Assembly (NCBI RefSeq): GCF_000143415.4
Contig: NW_003314276.1
Coordinates: forward strand, 1,464,696 to 1,528,695
DNA from: Selaginella moellendorffii
Lineage: Eukaryota > Plantae > Lycopodiophyta
Direction of reading: 5' to 3'
DNA length: 64,000 nucleotides
The position numbers were made by a program, and so were the translations under genes. Numbering within the stretch: the stretch's first letter is position 1; the number at the start of each line of letters is the position of its first letter. This document shows, piece by piece, positions 25,122-37,574 of the stretch. Under the pieces are notes generated by a model, which had not been told where the DNA came from, did not search any database, and was given only the letters and a program-made list of their open reading frames with translations.

Positions 25122-25163
<42 letters not shown>
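25122..25163. repeat. (CT)n microsatellite followed by (AC) tract, AGT1 upstream region
   Basis: About 20 perfect CT units. Confidence 0.95.
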
Positions 25164-25166
<3 letters not shown>

Positions 25167-25479
25167 CACACACACTTACACACACAACATCTTATGTAGT
25201 ATTTTTTTTCATTCCCATAGAAAAAGATTGCGTAAAATCAATGCGCAGTGGCCTTTCCATGAAATGTTCTTTCTTCTCAATCAATGTTATTCGCTGAATC
25301 ATAGTACAAGTTCTCTTTGGAGATCCATCCTTCACGCAAAAGTAAAAAAGAAAACTTAGAAGTTTAGATCAAAAGAACCACGAAGCTTGACTTATTCTCG
25401 TCAAAGAAACTAGCGCATTGTCTTGTCCAACTCACTTTCCCACACCTGGAGGATACTGTAAAGGAATATAAAACTAGCA

Positions 25480-25958
25480 AGAAATTTACCTTCGGACATA
25501 TCAGCTTTGCGACAATGAGGAATCGTCCGGCGCAACGTACCATTCCAGTGGGAGGGGACCAATGGCTCAAAGAAATGGCTGGACTCCTGCTCAATCAGTC
25601 AAGGTGGAGAGTTTAGACGATGCAAATCCAACTACCAAGTGGTGGAGTGGCTCTACGCTGAAATTCGCAGGAGCAATCTCGGCAGTGGCACCAACACCAA
25701 AGTCGCGATTCGCAAGTGAGTGAAGGAGACACGGTCACATAATCGGGAACAGGGAGGCCTCGGAACATCTTCCCTCAGACTCGAAACATCAACCGGGGCG
25801 TGAAGCTCATCAATGACGCGGCAATGAAGAACACTGTGAAGGTGTGGTTCCGGTTTGAATATGGCAACGCGGCGAAGCCCTGTCGTCCCACAAAGTTTCC
25901 CTGCTACGTCGAGCTTGGAACCGGAGCCACCATCAACAATGACTTGACTAATGCTTGA
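25480..25958 (+). pseudogene. Frameshifted coding-like remnant, possibly aerolysin/ETX-MTX2-type
   Basis: Pieces GATYHSSG.GPMAQRNGWTP, VVEWLYAEIRRSNLGSGTNTKVAIRK and IFPQTR..VKLINDAAMKNTVKVWFRFEYG in different frames. Confidence 0.3.
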
Positions 25959-26092
25959 TATGAAAATCAGGTTTTCTTAAGTAGATATATTTGTATATAG
26001 CTTTGCTGGAGTGCCTGAAAAAGAGAAGAGAAAGAAAGAAAATAGATAAAAATGCATTCATGTATACAAATGAGTTACCAGCGTTTCCAATA

Positions 26093-27197
26093 TCATTCTT
26101 TCTCCGTCGATGGAGCGGTAATGTTTGCTTTGAGCCACCTCGAAAGATTGGATAGAAACGGTGTATACGCAAAGTAGCAACATATGACCCAGGTAACAAC
26201 ACCCTGAAACATATTCACGTACTTGAAGGCTAGATGAGCACGACTGTTACCTCGTCAAAAATGAATATATTCGGATTCGAGTAGTGCCACAAATGAAACC
26301 ACCTGTAGGTAGCAAAGCAAGATTTCGTGAAGTAGCCAACAAGACAAATTGAGTTTTTCTAACTGTTGAGCTTACTTGATGATGGGAATCTCCAAGGCAG
26401 GACACAACACACCAACAAGGCTCGCAAGAGCAAAGCCATGCACTGTGCCTTCAAATAAAGCCCAGTTGAGTTGAGCGCCGGCAAACAGTATATATGCTTC
26501 GATGTTGTAAGGCACATTTGCTCGGTATAATTGAGCGCTCAGCTCAAGATAGAGAACCAAATATCTGTAAAGGAAAAAAACTCTAAACTTCAGAAAAAAT
26601 TGCAAGAAATTCCGACTTACACAAAACACAGAGCTAGCTTCTCAAAACTTGGAGGTCGAATCGGCCTGTTCCTAGCGAATTGCTCGTCAAGTGCTAGATG
26701 CAACAATCCAACAACACCATAGAACGTCCCAAGAATTGGAAACACCTGTTAGTGGATTTAACCCAGGAAGAAGAAAAGCAATGCTTTTAGCGAGCAGGAG
26801 TTGTCCAGTAGCTCATGTCCTACGTACCCAGAGATTGGTGCGAAGGGGCCCGATGTTGATTGCCCAATTGTCATAGACTTGGAGTTCAACGCTCGAATGA
26901 ATGGCGTCTAGAAGAGGCCCGAGAATAAATCCCGCTCCAAACAGAGCGCCACCGATGACCCCCAAGCCTGCCAGAAACTGGGAACGCGACATCAAAAAGA
27001 GCTCCGTGACAGAGATTTTGGGAGATTTTCGAATAAATACCTCGATTGCTTGGAATCTTGTCGCTTCCTCCACTCGCATTGCACGCGGTGAGCCGGCTCC
27101 TGCCAAGCCGCGCTCGCTTGCTCGCCGCCGTGCGAGATATCCCTAGTACAAATCGAGGAGTCGCGCCATCGCAGCACAGCGCCACCGCCATCGCCAT
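26093..27197 (-). CDS. Plastid-targeted INSIG-like multi-pass membrane protein (At4g01935-like)
   Basis: [60 protein letters not shown]; GT-AG introns. Confidence 0.8.
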
Positions 27198-27268
27198 CGC
27201 CCAAGAACCCTAGCTCCTTCCCGCTACAAACAAGAGCATATTCCTCAGCCCGAGCCCTAAAGTCATGC

Positions 27269-27278
27269 GCCACGTGGC
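27269..27278. promoter_or_regulatory. Perfect G-box GCCACGTGGC in the divergent promoter between INSIG-like and CML genes
   Basis: 10-bp palindrome about 70 bp upstream of the minus-strand ATG, with a CCAAT box nearby. Confidence 0.55.
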
Positions 27279-27728
27279 GGATACGAGGGTTTTGATTGGC
27301 TGCATGGAGCCAAGAGGGTTGTGGCTCCAAGGGCCCGCCCTCTCTTTCCGAGGGCCTTCCTTTCTCTTCTCTAAGTTTCTCGCCATTCACCAGCATTTTG
27401 GGGAGCGATCGAAGCAGCGCGGCTATGGCGTCGCTTCTTCTCCACGATCTGGCCAGCGCCACATTGATCTAGCGGACGGGGGCTATCGCTAAGTCTCTTT
27501 TGTCGGTAGAGGCGCGCGCCTTGTGGGATCACGAAGCAGCCGACGCGGAAGACGCAGTGAAGCTGCTGCCGATCGGTGGAAATCTCACCTTCGATCGAGC
27601 TTTCCGGCGAGGATCCGAGGTAAAAGAGAGGTAGATTTCTTGGATATTTCGGGCAGCGGTAGCGGAATGCTGGCATCGCAAGGCGGCATGTGGTGAGATT
27701 TCCAGGCTAGCTAGGCGCGCGCACGACG

Positions 27729-28388
27729 ATGAAGCTCCCGAAATATTTGAGGAGGAAGAACGGATCTTCGTCAGCGTTTTCCAGCTCCAACGAGTCGAGA
27801 TCATCCAAGTCGGCAATGGAGGGCGATCTCAAGGCCCCGCTCAGCAGATCCCAATCGGCCGAGATCTCCTCCGACTCCTCCTCCTCCTCCTCGGCTCACA
27901 GCAGCATGAACAAGCAGCAGCATCCTAGGCACATCCAGGAGCTCGAGCACGCCTTCCGCTACTTCGACGCCAACGGCGATGGCAAGATCTCGGTGGCGGA
28001 GCTCGGGGGAGTGCTCAAATCCCTGGGCGAGAACCCGAGCGAGGAGGACTTGAGAACGATGGTCCGGGAAGTTGACGCGGACGGGGATGGGTTCGTGGAT
28101 TTCGACGAGTTTGTGCATCTCAACACGGAGATCTTGGGCGACGCGCTGGCCGCGAGCGTGGAGGAGCTCAAGGCCGCGTTCTACGTCTTCGACACGGACA
28201 AGAACGGCTACATTTCGGCGGAGGAGCTCTACAAGGTCATGTTTAACTTGGGGGAGAAGGGGGTGACAATGGAGGATTGCAACCGGATGATTGGGGGAGT
28301 CGACTCGGATGGCGATGGGTTTGTGAACTTCGAGGAGTTCCAAAGGATGATGTTGAGCAGCAGCAACGCTTCTCCCTCCACCGCATGA
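27729..28388 (+). CDS. Calmodulin-like protein (CML) with 4 EF-hands and Ser-rich N-extension
   Basis: [48 protein letters not shown]; intronless. Confidence 0.96.
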   Translation: MKLPKYLRRKNGSSSAFSSSNESRSSKSAMEGDLKAPLSRSQSAEISSDSSSSSSAHSSMNKQQHPRHIQELEHAFRYFDANGDGKISVAELGGVLKSLGENPSEEDLRTMVREVDADGDGFVDFDEFVHLNTEILGDALAASVEELKAAFYVFDTDKNGYISAEELYKVMFNLGEKGVTMEDCNRMIGGVDSDGDGFVNFEEFQRMMLSSSNASPSTA

Positions 28389-30036
28389 TAGCGACGAAGC
28401 TTTTTTTCTTCTCCGCGCCAAGGTGAGAGCTCTCAAACCAAAATTCTCCCTTTTTCTTGTTGTTTTGTGCTTGTTTGTTTGCTTGTTGTTTCCGTTTTCG
28501 TGCGCGCTCTAATCACGATTTTTCTACAGAAAGTGGCTAACTTATTGCTCCGCTTTTCTGTAGGCCTAGCTCATCTATCAATCCATGATCACAAAACTTT
28601 GAAGCTCTCCCTCCCAAATCTTGGGGAACCTTTTAAGATCTCTTTAAACTTTGGCTCATCTCATCTCCTTTTTCCTTGAACCCTGCCTTTCTCTCGCAGT
28701 CTTCTAAAGTAATTTATAATGCAAGAAGCTCCCATGATCGATAATGGGGATTTTTAAAGCTCGTTTGTGGACGGTGTTTATTATAGGTGTTGGCCCGCGT
28801 AGCCCGGACAACTGTGATTGACAAACAATTGTCCTAGAAGGTACAAATCCTATCCTTTTCTTTCTACATTTTTTTCCCTTAAAAACTCTTTGCTTGTGCT
28901 ATAGGTGCGCAAAGAGCGCTGATTTGTGACGAAAGCGAGTAACTTACTAGGTAAGCTTAAAGCTGCTGCCGCTGCTGTTGCGCGATTTCCAAAAGGTGAC
29001 CGAAGAGATGTCATGGCATCTCTGTGACTTTTTTTCTTTTTTTTTTCCTAACGAAAATGCGTCTTTCCCAGGGAAAGAACTTGATGGGCGCTGGTTGCGC
29101 ATTCATCACTGCCGTGTTTTTGACCAGTGCCGGCCTTGGAAGAAGCGTGACAAAAACGGGTGAAAGGTAGGTTTGGAGTTACTTCTCACACACCTGACTT
29201 ACTCTTTCTCATTTGGCTGAAAGGAAAGCGTGCTCCGACTGACACGACGGGACGACTGTGGTGCAATCTTTTCTCTCCTCTTTTTCGCGGCAGGCACCAA
29301 AGCGGCGGTGGTCCAGTGAAAAGTTGGGAGTTCATTCTCGTTTTTTTGTTTTTGATGGAAACTCTCGGCGCAGATCTGGACGGAAACATTGATATTGGGC
29401 TCCAAGAGCGCGACAATTGCTCTGCGGCCTGGCATGGCCTGGCCTGGCCTGGCCTACACCGGACTGGAGAAAAAATCTGGCTTTCCAGTACGACAAGCTT
29501 GCCGTCCTTCGTGCTGCTTCGCGGAGCGCCAAAGTCAGAGCTACAATTTCTATCCATGGCTCGCCCCGCCGCGAGGAAAAAGACGTGCGTCTGAGGCGGG
29601 CGCTCACGCGGCTTCGAAGTTTCCAGCCGGGGGCCAAATAGATTTTTATTCTTCCTTTTCTTCTCTTTTCATCACCGACTTGCGAGAAAACGCGCTGCTG
29701 CTAAAACTCGTTCTTTTACTGGGCTTACTCGGCCTGCCGCGAAGAACAGAAGAACTCAGTTTTCATCCAAGCACGGAAATTGGGAGAAATTACCTCTTTC
29801 TTAAGAGATTGCTCCGCCCTAAACAATGCGGCCCTTGCCTGCGCGAGAATTGTCAATCTAGCAGCTGAAAATTTTCATGCCCTAACCTCGCGATCTTCTT
29901 TCATTTGCTGCTCCGGCCTGACCCAGAAGAAGTACACGGTGATCGCAGCTATAGACCAAGCTGCGACATTGGCGCGGCCGCGAACGCCACCTAAAAGATT
30001 GCCGAGAATTGCAGACACCGGCGTCCTCGGCATTGC

Positions 30037-30100
30037 AAGAACCCTAAAATTTAAAAAACCCTAAAATTTGAAGAACCCTAAAATGTGAAGAGCACTAAAG
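30037..30100. repeat. About 18-bp tandem repeat of telo-box-containing units upstream of MSL
   Basis: aagaaccctaaaattt x3 plus a degenerate fourth unit. Confidence 0.7.
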
Positions 30101-30307
30101 ATCAAGACCGTTGATCAGTGGATATTTCTTCTTCACGGTGAGCACGTGCCGGGGATATCCTACGCGTATATCGGCTCGAAAGTCTTAGTCCTTAGCTCAC
30201 GGACACTGTCTTTAGCATTCGCTTATATTTTCGCGTTCTAGGGTTCTAGAGCGCTCAATTTCTTCTTTTTAGGGCGGGATTTGGAGGGCGCTGCCGGCGA
30301 TGCGCTG

Positions 30308-32892
30308 ATGGCGGTGATGAATGCGTTGCGAATTGGCCAAATCCACGGCAGTGGCGTCCAATTCAAGAGAAATTTTCAGGTATTTCGCTCGCGTTATCAA
30401 AATGAGGGTATTTGATCGTGATCTTTCTCCAGAGCTGGGGACAAGCTCCATTCCAGCCAGGTCTGCGGTCGTCTAATTGCGCATGGGTAGGCCTCTCTTC
30501 TAGCTACATTTGTTCTAGCACGACATAGAATAAAGCTGTGGTTTTGCAGCTTTACAACCAGGATTTGTGGTGTGTCCATTTGTGGGCTAGCTTGAGAGCT
30601 GTTCCAAAATGTGCAATCAGCAAGCCCAATGTGGTATCTTCATGCCTCGGACTTACATCGACACGAAAGGATTTTCACCAAATCTTTTCTACTGCACTGG
30701 CAAAGTCAGATACATTTTTGTTTGGGCTCCCATAGAGGTATTGACACTCTTGTTTTCTTCTTCTTTGGCTGCTGTAGAGTGCTCAGTGTGTTGAAAGCGC
30801 ATCCAGTTTTCTCGAGCTGTGCTCCTCCTCTGGCCATGATATTTTTCGCGGTGTATGGACTACTTCCGACGATAAAGATGATCCAGCAAGGCGTGTTTGG
30901 GGTAAGCTGGATGCCTGGTAGTGAAAGAGTTTTTGACTGTTCTTTTTCCAGAAGGAGAGCTGGCATAAATCTCAAACGGAACACATATTGGTAGCTTATG
31001 TGCGCCCCTTACTTATCTGGATGGGTGTTATCTCCATTTGCGGGTGATTTCTAGATTTTCTTTAGTGACGATCTTCTCATGATTTCGGTGTATAGGTCTA
31101 TCGATCCTGTGGTCTTGTCATCTGGAGCGTCGCAGGCAATCAAAGATCGATCAATTAATTTTGTAAGGTCATTATCAACAGTCCTCGCGTTTGCGGTGTG
31201 TGCAACGAAGTAGGCTTTTTCTTCGCCATTGTATTATTTTTCTCATGCTTTGATTTTCATTTACCTTTTCAGCCTAACCGAAAAAGTTCAAAAGTCTTTG
31301 GAAACACCCGATTCGGATAAGGGCCGAAATGTATTGTGGTTATTTTTTCCGTTGCGGTATCTTATACGTGTGGTCTTTTATACTTCCAGCTCGGGATTCA
31401 ATTCATCAGCAATGCTGTCCGGTCGTCTGTTTGGGTAGCAGCGGTCTGTCTTTTCATGGAACTTCTAGGATTTTCGACTCAAAAGTGGATCACGGCTGGA
31501 GGCCTTGGAACAGTTCTTGTTACGTTAGCAGGCAGAGAGGTGGGGAGTATTCAGTTGCTGTTTTTCTCAAAAGGAACTGACTGTGAAATGCTGACAGATT
31601 CTTACGAACTTTCTATCGAGTATTATGATTCATGCTACTCGACCTTTCATAGAAAATCAATGGATACAAACAAAATTTGAAGGCCAGGAGGTTTCCGGGA
31701 CTGTTGAGGTATGTTGTCAAAGGACCTTGAAGGAAAATGTTACTAAAATTCGGCTTGCTAGCACGTCGGTTGGTGGTCTCCAACTGTCATTCGAGGTGAT
31801 GACCGTGAAGCCGTCCATATTCCTAATCACAAGTTCACCGTGAGCGTCGTTAGGAACCTTAGTCAGAAAACACACTGGCGAATCAAAACGCACCTGGCCA
31901 TCAGTCATTTAGACGCTGGAAAGATAGCCGTAAGTGTTGTTTTTACTCCACAGCATTTCAGGGACTCATTTTAGTGTCCTCTGGCAGCTCATCGTCGCGG
32001 ACATGCGGAAAGTATTGGCGAAGCATTCTCAAGTTGAGCACAAGAGATTGCACAGACGCGTTTTCCTGGACTATGTTCACCCAGAGAGCCAGGCCTTACA
32101 TGTAAGTACGATAGATGTTCTTGTTTGTCTTCGCCTAGTTACCATCCCTCAATCGTTTCAGGTTTTGGTGTCGTGCTTTGTCAAGACATCCCACTTCGAG
32201 GAGTACCTCCGAGTGAAGGTATTGGTCAGCTTTTCAGCAGTTCCATTTCCATTGTCTAATCGTTCACTTGGTAGGAGACGATATTGCTCGATATCCTAAA
32301 AGTAATCAGTCACCACAACGCACGGCTGGCGACTCCAATTCGCTCGATACATCGAGTTTCAGCAGACGAGCCGCAACAGGCTCCGGCCAGCAAGTACGAC
32401 AGGCCACTTCTCATAAGTGAGAGCTCGGTGCTGTCGTCAGAGCATCCGCTAACCAGATCAAAGTCACAGTCCGAGATTGTGGCCGAGAACATCGACAAGA
32501 GTCAAGGCAATCCGGGTGAAGCAAAGCCTCAACTCGCGGGCCTGGATTCCATGGGCCTGAATTCGAAGGACATAACACTGCTAGGAGCGGCGTTCGGGAA
32601 ATCTCACGCAAAGCTGCCGGTCGAGGGGGAAGAATCTCCTCAACCGAAACCGGCGGAGATAGATGGTGAAAATGCACAGGTTGTCCGAGGCAAGATCTAC
32701 GTGCAGGACGATGCCAAAGAGCAGATTGTTGGCAGCGTAAGAGCAGTGAAAGGAGATGGAAACGGCAAGAAAGGCCTGCCGAGATCTTCGTCGGTAGAAG
32801 AGAACTTAGTTCTCGGCGTTGCTTTGGATGGATCAAAGAGGACATTGCCTCTCAATGGTCCAGAAACCAATACAGATGTTAAAAGGTTGTAA
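30308..32892 (+). CDS. MSL2: Plastid mechanosensitive channel of small conductance, MSL2/MSL3-like
   Basis: [102 protein letters not shown]; start codon inferred. Confidence 0.92.
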
Positions 32893-33020
32893 ATAACACT
32901 TACAAAACAGAAAATCGCTCTTGTAGATTTCTGTGTAATTCATCAGAGTTCATGAAATAAGATATGATCAAAGAGATCCTACACAACTATATAAGCATCT
33001 ATTTTTATTTTATTTTATCT

Positions 33021-33545
33021 TTAGAGAAGTTTGATTTTCTCGCCACAGCTCCAGGGGTGCTCTTGATTGCGGTTCTTTCGGACCTGGAAGGCCGCGGACA
33101 ATTTCCCACACAGTCTCATGATCCTGGAGTTTCCTTTCTTTCCAAAAGCTCCCGAGAGGCTGCTCGATCGCTCGAGCTTGGCAACAGCTCCTCCACCCAG
33201 CAGTGCTTCCTCGAGCCTCCTGCTGAAAGAATTGAGCTCGTAAGCGTCGAGCAGATTGCTTCTCCTGTTGTCTACCACAATCTGGAGCTTCCCACTCTCT
33301 TCCAGAGCTTCAAAAGCTTCCATCCTAAACCGCGAAGTCGAAGCTCGAGCAGCACCTGCTGGTGCTGTCACTACAGCATGCTGAGAATCGGCGTTTCCGG
33401 CACCTCCTCCTCCTCGACCATACCATGCCCAAGCTGCGGCCTTTCTCTGCTCGATCAAGCCTGCATTCTCGTCTCCCGAGCTCCGCTCGTCTTTCACCTC
33501 GCACTGATCAAAGTAGCTGCTCCTTGCTGCTCCTACACGATTCAT
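33021..33545 (-). CDS. Small conserved plant protein of unknown function
   Basis: Motifs KAAAWAWY, SRFRMEA, LLDAYEL typical of a land-plant uncharacterised family; intact 174-aa ORF. Confidence 0.7.
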   Translation of the reverse strand: MNRVGAARSSYFDQCEVKDERSSGDENAGLIEQRKAAAWAWYGRGGGGAGNADSQHAVVTAPAGAARASTSRFRMEAFEALEESGKLQIVVDNRRSNLLDAYELNSFSRRLEEALLGGGAVAKLERSSSLSGAFGKKGNSRIMRLCGKLSAAFQVRKNRNQEHPWSCGEKIKLL

Positions 33546-34092
33546 ACGACCTGGGTGACCACATCAAACGCAAAAAATCAGAGTCGGATTTATCTTTCCG
33601 GCCTAGAAAACCAAAAGCTGTCTACGATTACGAAAGAAAAGGAGAAAAAGCCTACTAGACTGGATGAAGGTGATGTAAAACTTACGGGAAGGCCAGAAAA
33701 ATCCCATGTGGTTCTCCTTTTTTTCCCAGCACTAGCCTGCGAATGATAGACAGCCTTTTGAGGCACGCGAAGCTAGCTGCAAAAACCGAGTTTTTCTAAG
33801 CGTGTAAACCGTAAAATAAGATAAACACAGCACAACCTTGGACACATTCCTGACTGTACTGCCTGTCGCGAGGATGGCCACTGCAGTGAAAGAAAAGAAT
33901 TTTTAAGAAGCTGCTGCAAAAAACGAAGGAAAAAACAGACCTTGCTCGTCACCGCGTCATCCGGAAGAAATCTGCAACGTAAAAGACTGGACAAGGAAGA
34001 AAACGATAAACAAAAGTTAGAGAAAAATAAATAAATGGAGATGGAGCGTCCAGTTTAAGCAGCTGCGATGGTAGAAAAGATCTTCTTCTTTA

Positions 34093-34449
34093 CTAGAAAA
34101 TGTGGACAATGTCATAGACGAGCGTCCAAAAGAGCACGAAAGACATGAGCCCCTGGAGGAAACCATCGAAGGCCACGCGGTGCCACGAATCGAAGAAGGC
34201 GCTGGTGTTGAATCGGGTCTTGGCAGCGAGCCCAGCCGATGCGCACAGCATCACCAGGAAGTAGCAAAGGAATCCATACACACCGGTGAGCCCTAGAACG
34301 CCCGCGATGGCGCCCGCCACGATCGACAGGAACGTCCGGCAGTAGTAGGCGATCCTGAGATTGTGCTGCACATTTTCGGCGCTGAGAGCGAGCGAATCGA
34401 ACGGATCATCGGCCTTCTTCGCGTCGGCAGCGTCGTGAGCCCGCGCCAT
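34093..34449 (-). CDS. EMC6: ER membrane protein complex subunit 6
   Basis: ENVQHN..YCRTFLSIVAG..AGVLGLTG..GF...SFVLFWTLVYDIVHIF*. Confidence 0.95.
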   Translation of the reverse strand: MARAHDAADAKKADDPFDSLALSAENVQHNLRIAYYCRTFLSIVAGAIAGVLGLTGVYGFLCYFLVMLCASAGLAAKTRFNTSAFFDSWHRVAFDGFLQGLMSFVLFWTLVYDIVHIF

Positions 34450-34513
34450 TCCCCCAAAGCCCTAAAATCTATTAGCCCTAAATCTTGATCCAGGAGAATA
34501 TACTTTATTTAAA

Positions 34514-35397
34514 CTATCTACAAATGTTGGGTGTAAGATCGGCTAGGATGCTGCTAGAATTCGCTCTTGTGGCGGCTTTCTTTTCATATTTTCTAGCTCT
34601 TTCGCTTTTGTTTTCGCTTGTCTCTGGATCTCGCGACGAAGAAAATCTGGTAACGAGTTTTTTGATGGCCACTGGAGTCGGGCACTCCGATCTGTTGTTG
34701 AGGAAGCTAGAAATCTTCAAGAAATCACGAAAGGAGTCAGTTTTTTCATAGTGTTTTAGTCTAAGCTTAGATACCTTTCTTTGCAGGCTATGAATCTCTC
34801 GCTCCAGCTCCAGGGTCGTCTCGTCTTTACGCCTGGAAAAGTCTTCTAGAGCGGCCAATCTCTGCGAAAATCATAAAAGAGAATCGTCGCAAAGACAAAA
34901 CAAGAGCGTTGCTTACTTGCGTTGCGGAAGAGCAGTGGCAACAGTGCTGTCCATTTGACGTCTTTCGAGCTCGATTCAATTGTTGCTGGAGGAATCTTTC
35001 TCGAGTTTCACTCGCTTGGACGCGCTCCCTTAGCATTGTCACCTCGGATTCCATGCCAGCAACCTGTTACAAGCATGCTTCCAAGTTCTAAACAGACAAA
35101 GAGAAAACGAAAGCAAACTTTTCGTAGTACCTGCGCAGCAGCTCTCTCGAGCTCGCTTAGAAGCTCGTCCGCAATCAAATCCACAGAGATCTCCTGCCTG
35201 GCACGTTGATCTTCCCCAAAAGCATCTACCGCATTTCGTATCGCCGAAACCATCTCCTTCCCCAGCAAATGCGACGAGGGCGACGTCTTGATCTTCGAAG
35301 GAGCTTCCAGAGGATCAAAAGAAATCCGCGCTTCCGGAAGGTCTTCGCAACCATCTTCTTCCATCATCGATCGCGAAGCTGGCGCGATCACTCCCAT
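34514..35397 (-). CDS. Coiled-coil protein of unknown function (at least 3 exons; 5' end uncertain)
   Basis: In-frame exons joined by GT-AG introns, heptad-rich ESEVTMLRERVQASETRE and LELEREIHSLQRKV. Confidence 0.55.
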
Positions 35398-35899
35398 TCC
35401 AATGCAAAATTCTCGCACTTCTTCCTGTGGAAAGAGTCCCCTCGGCGAAATTCCTTGCTGAAAGAAAGGGCATACCTCGATCGACGCCTCATCCTCTTCC
35501 GGATCGCGGAGCAGCGGGATCCAGTCCTCCCCGCGATCGCGTCGATTAGCCGCCGCCTCGGAGGAGCGCAGCCTCAATTCGGGACCAGACCTCGCAACCC
35601 TGCCCTGCGCAACAGTACCTCGATCGCCGAGTCCCAGCGCCTGCCGATTCGATCGATGGCAACGCTGCCGGACGCGGCAGTGGATCATCCCTATCTATGG
35701 CGGCCGAGCCGATGATCCACCGCGGACACATTCAAGAAAGAAGAACTTTCTTCCACAAAGGAGCCGTTCGTGAAGATTCGAGCATATTCGCGTTGTGCTA
35801 AGAATATTTTCTGCCAGGATTCGAGACCGCGACCTCGTGCTAAGCCGTAATCTTTTTTAAGGGGGTCTTCTTCTTCTTCTCGCGTAGACCGACCGAGCT

Positions 35900-37404
35900 A
35901 TGGAGGAAGTCAGGATCGTTTCCGTGCAAATGGTTGCGCCGGCAGAGCCGCCCAATCCCTCCTCCTTTCGCGAATCGATCAAGCTTACACTCTACGATCG
36001 AGCAATGCGCTTTGCTCTCTACCAGAAGAGGATCCTCTTCTACAATCCGGTGGAGCCGTCCAGCATCGATTGCCACATCCAATCTCTCAAGGGCAGCCTC
36101 GCCCAAGCGCTTGTGAGCTTCTATCCTCTCGCCGGTAGGCTCTCGAGCTCCTCTCTCGAGATCGATTGCTCCACGCTCTCGGTCCAGTTCACGGAGGCAG
36201 TGACCGATGCAACGCTGGGCGATCTCGCCATCCGGCCCTCGAGTTTCTGTGACAAGCTTTGCGACATGGGATCTTCTCCAGCTTGGCCATGGAGCCCAGA
36301 TTTGCCACTACTATTCGCACAGGTAAGCTTAGATCCTCGGAGTTCTCCACAAGTTCTCCGGAGTTTCCGGAAGAATGTACTTCCGGAGAACCTTCCTTGA
36401 CTCTTCGTTTTCACACACGGTTTTTCCTTGACCAGGTGACGAGATTTGCCGATGGTGGGATCAGCGTCGCGATCGCTTTCAGCCACCAAGTTTGCGACGG
36501 CGTTAGCGGATGGCACTTCTTCAATTCCTGGGCTCAAATCGCTCGAGATGGTGTCTTGCGAAATCCGCCAGTGGTTTCATACGAAGTGGAAGAACAAGAC
36601 ATGGAGCTCGAGGAAGCATTCGAGGTCGCAGCGTCCATAGGCTACAAAGTCAAGAAATCAGCGTCATCACCCCGGGATCTCTCCAAACTACGCGAATCAA
36701 TCTCCTCGAGGTCTATGCCGCAGCAGCTGGACGTCAGGCTCTTCCGCCTGGATCAGAGCCACATCTCCGAGCTCAAATCCAGATGCCTGGAAGAAACTCG
36801 CGCCAGCTTCTCCAGCTATGAAGTCGTGTGCGCGTACTTTTGGACGCTAACCGCGCGCCATCGCGGCTTGCGCCCGGATCAAGAGGCCGCGATCGCGATT
36901 CTTTTCGACAGCCGGGGAAGGTTCGCCAAAGTCCCAGAGTTTTACTTGGGAAACGCCATCGCCACCGCGATCGTGAGCGCTCGAGTCGAGGATCTGACGT
37001 CCAAGGGGATTGGTTACGCCGCTGGCCTCTTGCACGACGCCATCGTGAGCATGGACGAGAAGAAGAACCAAGCCCAGCTCAAGTTCATGAATCACGTCAT
37101 GCAAACCGGATTCATCACAGAGATGGAGATCGATCAAGCGTCTTTCAGCCTTGTGGTGAGCTCTCCCCGGCATCCGGTCTACGAGACGGACTTTGGATTT
37201 GGAAGGCCAGCCGGTGTCACGTTTGGAACCAACGATTTGAGCGACGGCAAGATCTATCTCTTTCCATCGCCCGCTGGAAACCGGGGTGTGGAAGTGACTG
37301 TGGTTCTTCATCCAGAGAGATTCACAGTAGAACTAGCATTAGACGTAGAGAGTATTGGCTTCCCGCAGGATATTCTTGCAAATTCCCTTAAATTAATTAA
37401 ATGA
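35900..37404 (+). CDS. BAHD acyltransferase, one intron (~36323-36435)
   Basis: FYPLAGRL, HQVCD (HxxxD), DFGFG (DFGWG variant); intron at conserved Q|VT position. Confidence 0.95.
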
Positions 37405-37574
37405 AAGACTTTTAACTTTTAAAAAGTTCACACCATTCGAAAATTAATCCAATATCGGGCTTGATTCCTTGAGAAAGTTGCTTAATTTTTTTTTTCATCC
37501 TTCATCCTCGAGCTTTGGAAACAAATGTCATCATAGACTTATATGCTATTGTTTCGAATTACGCTGTGTGATCT

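Noticed and set aside
27801-28436. Long antisense ORFs over GC-rich genes (also 32964-33746 and 18589-19128)
   Set aside because: Shadow ORFs expected from high-GC codon usage; no recognisable motifs
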